Shown: positions 1-8,435, counted from the first letter of the stretch. The stretch: 32,000 bases of DNA from an uncultured Opitutales bacterium (GCA_934613415.1 CAKTSY010000001.1:270001-302000); one strand, 5' to 3'. Notes: generated by a model not told the origin, from the sequence alone. Translations and numbers: made by a program.

Positions 1-673
1 TGGCAATGCTGCTTCTCCAATCGGAAAACACCTCGCTAAAGCCAGCGTCTTTAAGCGTGCTTCTTACCTCGCCTTCCATGGGAGAGTGTATAAAAAGTTC
101 GCCGTGGTCGCTTCTATAACATATATCGCCGTATTCGTCCAATTTGGGATTGTTATTTGCGTTTTGCCACAATTTTTTTTCGTTCTCCCAATATTTTTCG
201 TTGCGTTTTGCGCTGCGCGAGTGCGTTGTAAAAATAAAATAGCCGTCTTTTTTTAGAACTCTAAAAATCTCTTTTGCGCAAATAAGCCTGCGACTTTGCA
301 GGGGAATTTGCATAAACCCGTTAAAGCAAAACAAAACGCCGTCGTAAAAACAGCTTTTGCGCTGCGACAAATCGGTTGCGTCTTCTACCGAAAGGGGCAA
401 GTTTACGCGTTTAAATTCGGCTATTGCTTTTGCGCATTCTACCATTTTTGACGAAAAGTCGCTTGCCGACAAATTTTTGTAGCCCAAAAGCGCAAGGTTT
501 ATACCCACGCGCGCCGCGCCGCACCCCAACTCTAATATTTGCGCCGTTTTGGGCAGATATTTTTCTATTATAATTTTCTCGGAATTCCAAAGACCAACTC
601 TGTCTACCGCAAAGGCATATTCGTCGGCAACTTCGGGAATTTCAAAATATTTTCTTACGTCGTCGGGATTCAT
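1..673 (-). CDS. class I SAM-dependent methyltransferase; the C-terminus runs off the left window edge
   Basis: Hand translation of the minus strand from the ATG at 671-673 gives MNPDDVRKYFEIPEVADEYAF...AQILELGCGAARVGINLALLGYKNLSASDFSSKMVECAK...FRVLKKDGYFIFTTH. ILELGCGxxxxG is the SAM-binding motif I, followed by an acidic residue after beta-2. It is absent from the ORF track because no stop codon lies inside the window. Confidence 0.7.
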   Translation of the reverse strand, partial: MNPDDVRKYFEIPEVADEYAFAVDRVGLWNSEKIIIEKYLPKTAQILELGCGAARVGINLALLGYKNLSASDFSSKMVECAKAIAEFKRVNLPLSVEDATDLSQRKSCFYDGVLFCFNGFMQIPLQSRRLICAKEIFRVLKKDGYFIFTTHSRSAKRNEKYWENEKKLWQNANNNPKLDEYGDICYRSDHGELFIHSPMEGEVRSTLKDAGFSEVFSDWRSSIA

Positions 674-678
674 GAAAA

Positions 679-1470
679 CTAGACAAGCAAAAGTTTTTCA
701 AGCAAAGTGTTAAACTTTTTAGAAAGCGGGGCTAAAACCTCTATTGCGCCAAATTTAGACTTTTCCGAAAACGATATTTTTGCCGAGTGTATTGCTATGA
801 AAGGATACAAAGGCCTTTCTTCGTCGAACTTTTTGTAGCCCTTTTTTAGAGACGAAAGTTTTACAAATGGCGTTTGCGAATACAACGGGTCGCCCAAAAT
901 TTTAAGGCCGCCGGCACTGGCGTGCAAACGTATTTGGTGCCTGCGCAAATATGTGGTTTTTGCGCTCCAAAGCTGGAATTGCCCGTTTTCTTTTACGGGC
1001 GCAAACTGCGTTGTGCACTTTTTGCCGAAATTGTGGGTTATAACCGCCTTTTCCTTCTTGTAGGGGGTAAGAATTGGCAAATCTACCTCGAAAGACTCGA
1101 ACGCGCGTTCCGACTTTTTGCAAACAAGCAAAAATTCGAATGTAAAGAGGTGCGAACCGCACTCGTTTTTAAGCAAAGACGCCGCCTCTTTATTGCAGGC
1201 AATAATGCACGCGCCCGAAACATCGCTTGATATAAGCGAAGATGCCGTCGGCAACTGCATTTTAAGGAATTCCAACTCGGGCTTTTGCAGATTTTCCCTT
1301 AGGCTGGTAATTACCGAGCCGAACTCGCGCGAAGCGGGCGTATCGAAATCTACCCCTGCGGGTTTGTTTAAAACAAAAAATTCGCCCTCTTTATGGAACA
1401 ATATTTCAGTTCTTAGGGCATTTTCGCAAAGCTCGCCGCTTTTAAAACCTATTTGTGGTAAAGTTTGCAT
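679..1470 (-). CDS. RluA-family pseudouridine synthase-like protein with no visible canonical HRLD motif
   Basis: FFVLNKPAGV and RRHQIRLHASAGGLKILGDPLY match the RluA-family signatures (NKPxG; HQIRVH..G.PIxGDxxY). The ORF-track start at 1515 is a TTG. The first ATG (MQTLPQ) is at 1468-1470. The gene lies 19 nt downstream of rpsT on the same strand. Confidence 0.7.
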   Translation of the reverse strand: MQTLPQIGFKSGELCENALRTEILFHKEGEFFVLNKPAGVDFDTPASREFGSVITSLRENLQKPELEFLKMQLPTASSLISSDVSGACIIACNKEAASLLKNECGSHLFTFEFLLVCKKSERAFESFEVDLPILTPYKKEKAVITHNFGKKCTTQFAPVKENGQFQLWSAKTTYLRRHQIRLHASAGGLKILGDPLYSQTPFVKLSSLKKGYKKFDEERPLYPFIAIHSAKISFSEKSKFGAIEVLAPLSKKFNTLLEKLLLV

Positions 1471-1533
1471 ACAACAAAAAAGACCTTGTCCTAAAAAGGC
1501 AAGGCCTGCAAACAAAATATTGCGTAAAAAAGC

Positions 1534-1788
1534 TTAGGCCTTTTTGTTGATCGCCTTAGCCAAGTTGCTCTTGATTTTGTTGGCTCTGTTCTTGGAGAGC
1601 TTGTTTGTTTTTACGGCCTTGTCTAAAGCCGAAGCCAAGTTGGCGGCGTTTTTCTTTAACGATTCTTTGTCGGCCGACTGCTTGGATGCTTTAACAAGAG
1701 TCTTTAGGCGGCTCTTGGCCTTGCGGTTAGCCTCTGTACGGGTCGCCGTACGGCGGATATCTTTTTCTGATGATTTGTTATTAGCCAT
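1534..1788 (-). CDS. rpsT: 30S ribosomal protein S20
   Basis: The 84-aa, highly basic, helical protein MANNKSSEKDIRRTATRTEANRKAKSRLKTLVK... has the size, composition and N-terminal pattern typical of bS20. Confidence 0.9.
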   Translation of the reverse strand: MANNKSSEKDIRRTATRTEANRKAKSRLKTLVKASKQSADKESLKKNAANLASALDKAVKTNKLSKNRANKIKSNLAKAINKKA

Positions 1789-1876
1789 TGCTGTATATCT
1801 TTCTTAAAAAATTTAAATGTTGATAAAAGCATATATGTCAGTGTTTGTAAAGCACTATTTTCTAGCTTTGTTAAGC

Positions 1877-1917
1877 TAAAAAGCAAAAGAAGGCGCAGTT
1901 TATACGCCCTCTTTTTG
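1877..1917 (-). terminator. Rho-independent terminator after the GH2 gene, also usable in the + direction
   Basis: An 8-bp stem pairs agaaggcg (1888-1895) with cgccctct (1905-1912), including one G-U pair, around a 9-nt loop. On the minus strand it is followed by TTTGCTTTTT, and TTTTT also follows on the + side. Confidence 0.6.
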
Positions 1918-1928
1918 CATTGTGGCAA

Positions 1929-4220
1929 CTACAGGTCGCTTTTGGGCTTTACAACAAACGAATATTTCGAGTTGTATTCGGGGTGGTTTTCAACCTCCAA
2001 CACAAAGTCGAAGCGCGATACCTTCGACATATCGGGAAGTTTAAACACGGCCTGCGGCCCGTAGACGTTGCGGTTTGTGCCTGCTGCCGGACAATTCCAA
2101 GTCATTACCTTGTATTTTTTGCCGTTTATAACAAGGCTGGCTGTTATGTTCATTGCATTCAGCTTCTTGTAGGAATCGTTTAAAAGCGACAATTCCGCCT
2201 TGAAATAGTCTCCCGTATACCAGTGGAATTTGGGGAACCTTGCGCTTGCCAAAACCGGACGGCACGAATCTTTTATGGCGTAATAAGCGGGTTTCCTGAT
2301 TGTTGGATACCCAACTATTGAGTTGTTGGCAACGGTTTTCCAAGAATCGTTGTAGCACCAATTTATAACCATCGAGCAATGGGGTTTTTGGTGACGGGCC
2401 TCTTCGAACATAGCTTTGTAGCCTTGAACCTGCAAAAAGTTTGTTCTTTCTACCATATCCTCAAGCGATTTTACCTTGTCGTTAAACACAAGCTCAACAT
2501 CGGGGAGGCAAAGCCATCTTTCCCAACCATGGGCGTCGAAAGCATGGTGGTTTATCCACGATTTTGTGGGCTTAATCGGCCACCATTCTTCTGGCGGTAT
2601 AACGTCTTTAATAGTTTCAATAGACGAAAGCGATGGAACGCCGAATTCAGTGTAGGCCACGGCGTTGTAGTGCTGGAAGTGGGATATCATTGTTCTTTTT
2701 GTCTTTGGATGATAGAAGTAATACGGCCCGTGAATTACGCCATTCATCGGCGAAGTGTACAAAAACGGGGTTTTTCTGTCGTACTTATAGCAGATTGCAT
2801 TTAAAAGCCTTAGTGCGTGCGATTGGTCGTTCATTCTCGACCAGCCTTGGAAAAGCTCGTTGCCGCCGCACCACATTGCCAAAGACGGGTGTCTGCGCAC
2901 GCGTTTTACTATTGAAACGGCTTCCTGTTCCAAAATTTTAAGGTATCTGTCGCCGTTTTTATATTCGTTGCACGCCAGCGGAAATTCCTGCCAAACCAAT
3001 ATGCCGAGCCTGTCGCAAACTTCGAAAAACGATTCTTTATTTACCAAAGCCCCGCCCCAGCAGCGGAAAATGTTAAAGTTTGCCTCTACGCCGTATTTTA
3101 CCAGAATTTCGTAGGTTTCTTTGGTGATTGTGCCGTTGAACATTTCAGGATTAACCCAGTTAGAGCCCTTTGCGTAAATTTCCCTGTTGTTTAGCATTAT
3201 CTGCATAGGGTAGCTTGGGCGTTCGCCCCTGCCCGCAGTTTCGCCCTGATATTCGTTCGCGTTTAAAACAAGTTCCAGCTTTTTAAAGCCAACCTTTTCG
3301 GATATGCTTTGAACCTGCTTATTTTGCGCGTTAAACAATTTTAGGTTGAAAGTGTATAGATACGGCGTGCCGTGATCGTGCGTCCACCACAAATTTACGT
3401 CTTTTAAAACCCCCTCGTTGCTCGAGGAAAAGTTGTCGGACTCTATTTTGCCCGATTTTTCGGCAACTTTTTTGCCCGAAGCGTCGAGCAATTCCCATTT
3501 GTAGGTGCAGCCCTTTAGCTCTTTGCCCGAAAATTCCAAAGCTAAATCTGCTGTTTTCAAGTCGTCGGAAAGTTTGTACGACAAATATTGGTCGGCTATA
3601 AACGACTTGTTGCGGATTTCCAAACCGGTTTCGTCCCAAATGCCAAGGCAAACCATACGGGGGTTCCAGTCCCAACCGTAGCTTACAGGCGGCTTTACGG
3701 ATTCGTCGGCCTGCATCCTAAAGAGAGCCGCGTTTCTGAATTTGTGGTCTTTGCCGTATGCTTTGGGGGCGGGATATATCAAAACCTGCAAATTGTTTTC
3801 GTCTTTAAGCATATCGGTTAGGTCTATGTTTACGGGCGTAAACATACCCTCTTGCGAGAAAAGCTTTTTGCCGTTAAATATAATGTCGAACTGATAGTCT
3901 ATGCCTTTGGAGACAAAATAAAGTTTTTCGTCGGCGTTAAGCTTGGGCTTTTTAAACGAAGTTTTGTATGTAAAATAGCAGTCCTCCAAAAACTCGTACT
4001 TTTGGGTGTTGTCGGCATAGTCCATTTTAGGCATATTCTTTGCCTTGCTTATGTCTATCTGAACCGCCCCCGGAACTGTTGCGGGGTAAAATTCGGCGGG
4101 CGCTATCCCCTCTTTTTCGGAATAGCCTATTTGCCAATTTAGCGGGGTTATTTTGGCCTGCGCGCACAACGCCGCAAAAATGGCAACTGCGCCAACGGCA
4201 ATTTTCTTTATGTCTATCAT
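1929..4220 (-). CDS. secreted glycoside hydrolase family 2 protein, beta-mannosidase/beta-galactosidase-like
   Basis: The signal peptide is MIDIKKIAVGAVAIFAALCAQA. GH2-type motifs are YGWDWNPRMVCLGIWDE, NFNIFRCWGGALVNKESFFEVCDRLGILVWQEFPLACNEY and WCGGNE (acid/base NE). Confidence 0.85.
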   Translation of the reverse strand: MIDIKKIAVGAVAIFAALCAQAKITPLNWQIGYSEKEGIAPAEFYPATVPGAVQIDISKAKNMPKMDYADNTQKYEFLEDCYFTYKTSFKKPKLNADEKLYFVSKGIDYQFDIIFNGKKLFSQEGMFTPVNIDLTDMLKDENNLQVLIYPAPKAYGKDHKFRNAALFRMQADESVKPPVSYGWDWNPRMVCLGIWDETGLEIRNKSFIADQYLSYKLSDDLKTADLALEFSGKELKGCTYKWELLDASGKKVAEKSGKIESDNFSSSNEGVLKDVNLWWTHDHGTPYLYTFNLKLFNAQNKQVQSISEKVGFKKLELVLNANEYQGETAGRGERPSYPMQIMLNNREIYAKGSNWVNPEMFNGTITKETYEILVKYGVEANFNIFRCWGGALVNKESFFEVCDRLGILVWQEFPLACNEYKNGDRYLKILEQEAVSIVKRVRRHPSLAMWCGGNELFQGWSRMNDQSHALRLLNAICYKYDRKTPFLYTSPMNGVIHGPYYFYHPKTKRTMISHFQHYNAVAYTEFGVPSLSSIETIKDVIPPEEWWPIKPTKSWINHHAFDAHGWERWLCLPDVELVFNDKVKSLEDMVERTNFLQVQGYKAMFEEARHQKPHCSMVINWCYNDSWKTVANNSIVGYPTIRKPAYYAIKDSCRPVLASARFPKFHWYTGDYFKAELSLLNDSYKKLNAMNITASLVINGKKYKVMTWNCPAAGTNRNVYGPQAVFKLPDMSKVSRFDFVLEVENHPEYNSKYSFVVKPKSDL

Positions 4221-4229
4221 ATATATTTT

Positions 4230-4253
4230 TTGTTGTTGGTTGTTGTTGTTGTG
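4230..4253 (-). repeat. trinucleotide tract (TTG)3-G-(TTG)4-TG, i.e. CA(CAA)4C(CAA)3 on the coding strand, in the GH2 5' leader
   Basis: Read directly: ttgttgttggttgttgttgttgtg. It ends about 10 nt upstream of the GH2 ATG at 4218-4220. Confidence 0.9.
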
Positions 4254-4270
4254 TAAAAATCCCTAAATAA

Positions 4271-4307
4271 CAAAAAGGCGTTTGACGGTTTATTTTAGCC
4301 AAACGCC
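4271..4307 (-). terminator. Rho-independent terminator of icd
   Basis: A perfect 8-bp stem pairs ggcgtttg (4277-4284) with caaacgcc (4300-4307) around a 15-nt loop. On the minus strand it is followed by TTTTTGTTATTT. Confidence 0.6.
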
Positions 4308-4316
4308 CCAAAAAAG

Positions 4317-5552
4317 CTACATAAGCTCTATCATTTTGTCGGCAAACTGCGAACACTTAACCTCGGTAGAACCCTGTATAAGCCTTGCCAGGTCGTAGGT
4401 AACATATTTGCTGGCGATTGCGTTTTCAAGCCCCTTAATTACAAGGTCGGCGGCCTCGTTCCAGCCCATATACCTGAACATCATTTCGCCCGACAATATA
4501 ACGGAACCGGGGTTTACCTTGTCCAATCCCGCATATTTGGGAGCAGTGCCGTGCGTGGCTTCAAAAATAGCGTGGCCTGTAAGGTAGTTTATGTTTCCGC
4601 CCGGGGCAATGCCTATGCCGCCAACTTGGGCAGCCAATGCGTCGGAAATATAGTCGCCGTTAAGGTTTAAGGTGGCAACTACGTCGTATTCGGCGGGTCT
4701 TGTAAGTATTTGCTGCAAGAAAGCATCGGCAATAACGTCTTTAACTATAATGCCGTTTGGCAGCTTGCACCACGGGCCTTTGTCGATTACTTCGCCGCCG
4801 AACTCTTCGCGGGCAACCTTGTAGCCCCAGTCGCGGAAGAACCCTTCGGTGAATTTCATAATATTGCCCTTGTGCACAAAAGTTACGCTTTTGCGGTTTT
4901 GCTTAATAGCATATTCTATTGCGCTGCGAACAAGCCTGCTTGTGCCCTCTTGCGAAACGGGCTTAATGCCCAGCGAGCACGAGTCGGGAAAGCGGATTTT
5001 CTTGAACCTGTCGGGGAAGTTTTCCTTCAAAAACGCCTTTAGTTTTTCAACTTCGGCACTGCCGTTTTGGAATTCTATGCCGGCGTAAATGTCTTCTGTA
5101 TTTTCGCGGAATATAACCATGTCTACCAACTCGGGGTGCTTTACGGGGCTGTCTACCCCCTCGAAATAGCGCACGGGGCGTTGGCATACATACAAGTCTA
5201 ATTCCTGCCTTAAGGCAACGTTAAGCGAGCGAATGCCGCCGCCTATGGGGGTAGTTAAAGGCCCTTTAATGCCAACTAAATATTCTTTAAACGCCTTAAG
5301 CGTTTCTTCGGGAAGCCAGTTGCCAAACTTTTTAAAGGCCTTTTCGCCCGCGTAAACTTCAAACCATTGAATTTGCCTTTTGCCGCCGTATGCCTTTTCT
5401 ACGGCCTTGTCTAACACCCTGCGAGCGGCAGCCCAAATGTCGGGGCCAATGCCGTCGCCCTCTATAAAGGGCATAATGGGCTTGTCGGGCACGCAAAGCT
5501 TGCCTGCGGCAACAGTTATTTTTTCACCTTGTGGAACTTTTATTTCGCTCAT
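4317..5552 (-). CDS. icd: NADP-dependent isocitrate dehydrogenase
   Basis: [40 protein letters not shown]...[23 protein letters not shown] is near-colinear with E. coli Icd. The ORF-track N-terminal extension to 5636 was rejected in favour of the ATG at 5550-5552. Confidence 0.95.
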   Translation of the reverse strand: MSEIKVPQGEKITVAAGKLCVPDKPIMPFIEGDGIGPDIWAAARRVLDKAVEKAYGGKRQIQWFEVYAGEKAFKKFGNWLPEETLKAFKEYLVGIKGPLTTPIGGGIRSLNVALRQELDLYVCQRPVRYFEGVDSPVKHPELVDMVIFRENTEDIYAGIEFQNGSAEVEKLKAFLKENFPDRFKKIRFPDSCSLGIKPVSQEGTSRLVRSAIEYAIKQNRKSVTFVHKGNIMKFTEGFFRDWGYKVAREEFGGEVIDKGPWCKLPNGIIVKDVIADAFLQQILTRPAEYDVVATLNLNGDYISDALAAQVGGIGIAPGGNINYLTGHAIFEATHGTAPKYAGLDKVNPGSVILSGEMMFRYMGWNEAADLVIKGLENAIASKYVTYDLARLIQGSTEVKCSQFADKMIELM

Positions 5553-5693
5553 ATTCTGTATATGTAAAATTTGCAGATACTTTATAAATATATGGGGCGC
5601 TTTCAACACTTTTTTGCGGGCTATTTTTTTTGGCAAACGCCCTTTTGCAGAAAACTATGCCCATTTATTTTGTTGCTTTGCAAAATTTTTACG

Positions 5694-5708
5694 TAAAAAT
5701 ATGCAGAT
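5694..5708 (+). promoter_or_regulatory. candidate promoter box TAAAAATATGCAGAT upstream of the IclR-family gene
   Basis: It lies 18 nt upstream of the ATG at 5726. Related boxes occur at 5565-5578, 11071-11085, 12881-12894 and, on the minus strand, 23464-23479. Confidence 0.3.
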
Positions 5709-5725
5709 ATTAACCGAAAATACCC

Positions 5726-6517
5726 ATGGCAAAACAGCGTCAACGCTTCGACAAAAAATACGAAATACCCAACCTAATGCGGGCGTTTGAAGTGCTTGAA
5801 TATGTAGCAAAGTCGCCAAAGCCGTTAAGCTTCCCCGAAATTTTAAAGGCGTTCGATACTGGCAAAACCACAATGTATAGAATTGTTGTTTCGCTAAAAA
5901 ACGCGGGCTTTATTGAATATTTAGAGGGCGAAAAAAAGTTTGCCGCTGCCCATACTACCATCGGCATTCCGCAAATTGCCGCCGTGCAAAAGAGCGAGCC
6001 CGACATAGATATTGCCTCGGCAAGCGAAAAGATTATGGAAAGCCTGCGCGACAGCTGCGGCGAAACCGTTATGCTTGGGGTAAGGCACCAAACAAGCTGC
6101 GTGCTTGTTAAAAGGGTTTCGGGCAACGACGAATTTATTTTTATGGGCAATATTGGCATGAGCTCGCCGCTATATCCCTCGGCACAGGGCAAGGCAATTC
6201 TTGCCAACTACGACAAACCCCAAATGCGCGAGATTATCGATAAAATAAACGCCATTAGGCCGTCTAACAAGGTAGATTTCTACAAAGCTTTGCCCGAGTT
6301 GGAAATGATTGCAAACCAAGGCTACGCCGTAGATAACGAAGAATATATAAGGGGCATAATAAGCGCCGCCGCCCCCATATTCGACGCCTCGGGCAAGGTT
6401 AAGGGGGTTTTGTGGGTTTCGGCGCCGTCGGCAAGGCTCGAAAAGTTCAACGAAATGGTTAAAGGCACAAAACAGGCGGCAACCCTAATTTCTAAAAAGC
6501 TGGGCTATAAAAAATGA
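5726..6517 (+). CDS. IclR-family transcriptional regulator
   Basis: The N-terminal winged HTH is IPNLMRAFEVLEYVAKSPKPLSFPEILKAFDTGKTTMYRIVVSLKNAGFIEY. The C-terminal IclR effector-domain pattern is YAVDNEEYIRGIISAAAPIFD. The gene is divergent from icd. Confidence 0.85.
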   Translation: MAKQRQRFDKKYEIPNLMRAFEVLEYVAKSPKPLSFPEILKAFDTGKTTMYRIVVSLKNAGFIEYLEGEKKFAAAHTTIGIPQIAAVQKSEPDIDIASASEKIMESLRDSCGETVMLGVRHQTSCVLVKRVSGNDEFIFMGNIGMSSPLYPSAQGKAILANYDKPQMREIIDKINAIRPSNKVDFYKALPELEMIANQGYAVDNEEYIRGIISAAAPIFDASGKVKGVLWVSAPSARLEKFNEMVKGTKQAATLISKKLGYKK

Positions 6518-6855
6518 CAAAGTGGCTACCCGTAGTTCTTTTGCTTACAATTTCTAACGTGTTTATGACATTTGCGTGGTATGGGCACCTAAAGGCAAAG
6601 CAGTGGCCCATATGGCTTGCAGTTGTAATAAGCTGGGGCATAGCGTTTTTTGAATATTGCTTTCAGGTTCCCGCCAACCGCTACGGCCATAAATATTTCG
6701 GCGTAGCACAGCTTAAAACTATGCAAGAGGCAATAACCTTAACGGTATTCATCTTCTTTACCATATTTTTTATGAAAGAAGAAATAAAATGGAACTACCT
6801 TGTAGGCTTCGCCCTAATGATCCTCGCCGTCTTTTTCGTATTCTATAAAAAATAG
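6514..6855 (+). CDS. small DMT-superfamily membrane protein (DUF486-like)
   Basis: The 113-aa, 4-TM protein contains SNVFMTFAWYGHLK...ISWGIAFFEYCFQVPANR...AQLKTMQEAITLTVF, which I recall as the DUF486 pattern. Its start overlaps the IclR stop (ATGA). Confidence 0.75.
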   Translation: MTKWLPVVLLLTISNVFMTFAWYGHLKAKQWPIWLAVVISWGIAFFEYCFQVPANRYGHKYFGVAQLKTMQEAITLTVFIFFTIFFMKEEIKWNYLVGFALMILAVFFVFYKK

Positions 6856-6880
6856 GCGGATTGTTTCCGCCTATTTCTTC
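6846..6880. terminator. bidirectional Rho-independent terminator
   Basis: A perfect 7-bp stem pairs aggcgga (6854-6860) with tccgcct (6866-6872) around the loop ttgtt. ATTTCTT follows on the + side and ATTTTTTAT on the minus side. It lies between convergent genes. Confidence 0.6.
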
Positions 6881-6896
6881 AAAAGTTCATCCATAT

Positions 6897-7634
6897 TTAG
6901 GGTTTGTTTATTTTATAAGATGTATTATTTGCACTTTTTTCTGGAACAATTCCCTCTTCCGGTACATCGAAGAATACATTAATTTTAGAATAATGACTTC
7001 TATCAAAACTATCTGGAAACATTGGAATCAGCCTCTCACGAAATATTTTTGCGACAGATTCTTTTCCTTTAACAAGAGCCAAATCTCTGTACGACACGCG
7101 TTGTCCAAGCTCAAATAATTCCTTAGATAATTGTCCTCCCGGTTTTGTATACTCATTACAATCAGCGTCAAGATTATCTTGACTTACAGTTAGACCTCTA
7201 GTGTTTGACCTGCGGACAGACTCATATGATACAGGCGATCTTAAGCGCAATGGTTTCATATATATATTTAACATCGATCCACTTTCCTGTATAACTACCT
7301 CATCCCAATCTACATAATATTGAAATATTGGAATGCACGAAAAAGTATAAATACCCGTCGATTTCCATTCATACCAATGGTCTTTACCATATTCCTTAGA
7401 TATACTTCTATCTGCACTAAAAGATCCTGTAATTTCTGCTACAACATGATAATCTACCGATCTTGCATCAAGTTTTGCTATATTGAGTACTTTTTCTTTT
7501 GTTTCAACATATTTGCCACATGAAACTAATTTACATAGAAAAAATCCAACAACTATAATTGCAATCATAAGCAACATATAGTTCAAATTTTTTACAATAT
7601 AATTCATTCTAGAACTATTATTATTTTCAGCCAT
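6897..7634 (-). CDS. hypothetical N-terminally membrane-anchored protein, tentatively DUF4230-like in layout
   Basis: A 245-aa ORF with one TM helix (YMLLMIAIIVVGFFLCKLV) and a mixed alpha/beta domain. It is AT-rich and is the last gene of a tightly packed three-gene operon. The family guess is from memory only. Confidence 0.55.
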   Translation of the reverse strand: MAENNNSSRMNYIVKNLNYMLLMIAIIVVGFFLCKLVSCGKYVETKEKVLNIAKLDARSVDYHVVAEITGSFSADRSISKEYGKDHWYEWKSTGIYTFSCIPIFQYYVDWDEVVIQESGSMLNIYMKPLRLRSPVSYESVRRSNTRGLTVSQDNLDADCNEYTKPGGQLSKELFELGQRVSYRDLALVKGKESVAKIFRERLIPMFPDSFDRSHYSKINVFFDVPEEGIVPEKSANNTSYKINKP

Positions 7635-7640
7635 TGTAAT

Positions 7641-7988
7641 TTACTTTCTTTTTATGAATTTAAAAACAAGATATAAAACAAATCCTGAAATGCCGACTTT
7701 AGGGATGCTAGGACCAAAGTCCTTAGTGTCGCCAAAAAACACATCTTTTATGTTTTTCACACACAAAAGAGCAATTAACGACAGTATTATTTTTACAGGC
7801 AAACATAGTACAAATTTTATTGGATTAAAATTGCACAAAAACAAAAACCTTACGGAAGGATATATCAACCACGCCAAAGTGCCTAACACATCGCCAGTAA
7901 TAACATAGCATAAAAGCGCACCCCATACGCAAATAATACTAAGAACCAAGTCAATTACTCCGCCAAACAAATATATGCGCTTATCCAT
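7641..7988 (-). CDS. hypothetical small polytopic membrane protein
   Basis: A 115-aa ORF with 3-4 hydrophobic helices. Its ATG at 7986-7988 overlaps the upstream stop by 8 nt (ATGGATAA), which suggests translational coupling. Confidence 0.55.
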   Translation of the reverse strand: MDKRIYLFGGVIDLVLSIICVWGALLCYVITGDVLGTLAWLIYPSVRFLFLCNFNPIKFVLCLPVKIILSLIALLCVKNIKDVFFGDTKDFGPSIPKVGISGFVLYLVFKFIKRK

Positions 7989-8337
7989 TTTTTGACCAAA
8001 TATCCTTATTTACAGAACCGCCTTTTGGCTTTTCAAAAAAGTACATTACAAAAGCTACAACTATCATTATTGGGAAGGAGAACGAAAAGATTGTCCACCC
8101 TCCCAATGGAAAAAACAAAGCAAACGAAACCGATGCAATGAAAGAAAATATTAACTTCCATATCAACGGTATTGAATTTTCGCCATTGCCCGAATTCATA
8201 AAGCCCCCTGTAACGACGGCAAACATAAGCAATATAGGGAATGCAAACTTAAAAGCAATCTCACCGCACAATGGTAAAAACAAAAGCACCAACGAAGCCG
8301 CCAATGCCAATATACACCTAACAACTAAACCTTTCAT
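7981..8337 (-). CDS. hypothetical small polytopic membrane protein, paralogue of 12458-12790
   Basis: The ORF-track start at 8346 is a TTG. The first ATG gives MKGLVVRCILALAASL.... It shares LLMFAVV, SF...FA..P..G, VA..M.FFE..K and its overall length with the 110-aa protein at 12458-12790. Confidence 0.6.
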   Translation of the reverse strand: MKGLVVRCILALAASLVLLFLPLCGEIAFKFAFPILLMFAVVTGGFMNSGNGENSIPLIWKLIFSFIASVSFALFFPLGGWTIFSFSFPIMIVVAFVMYFFEKPKGGSVNKDIWSKNG

Positions 8338-8376
8338 TATAATCAAAACAGTTATAATGCTTATTTCGCTATAAGG

Positions 8377-8405
8377 AAAAATTTCTTACACAGTAAGTAT
8401 AAAAT
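8377..8405 (-). promoter_or_regulatory. copy A of a 29-nt conserved upstream element (minus strand ATTTTATACTTACTGTGTAAGAAATTTTT)
   Basis: It matches 11048-11076 with one mismatch in the 24-nt core. It lies about 40 nt upstream of the 121-aa membrane-protein gene. Confidence 0.4.
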
Positions 8406-8435
8406 TTATTTTAGGCTACATGTTTTTTACCTAGC

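Noticed and set aside
5553-5636. N-terminal extensions proposed by the ORF track for icd. The same applies to 1471-1515, 12887-12940, 18378-18509, 23535-23609, 25175-25327, 26487-26516, 8338-8346, 12374-12382, 29126-29131 and 31969-31977.
   Set aside because: The extensions start at TTG or upstream ATG codons and add residues that do not align with the known families. They precede obvious signal peptides or run into neighbouring genes and promoters. An internal ATG gives the canonical N-terminus in each case.
6861-7118. An 85-aa + strand ORF, and the ORFs at 7320-7523, 7654-7908 and 8138-8374, inside the AT-rich island.
   Set aside because: They overlap the better-supported minus-strand operon, which has overlapping or coupled starts and TM-helix periodicity. 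AT-rich DNA readily produces such spurious ORFs.
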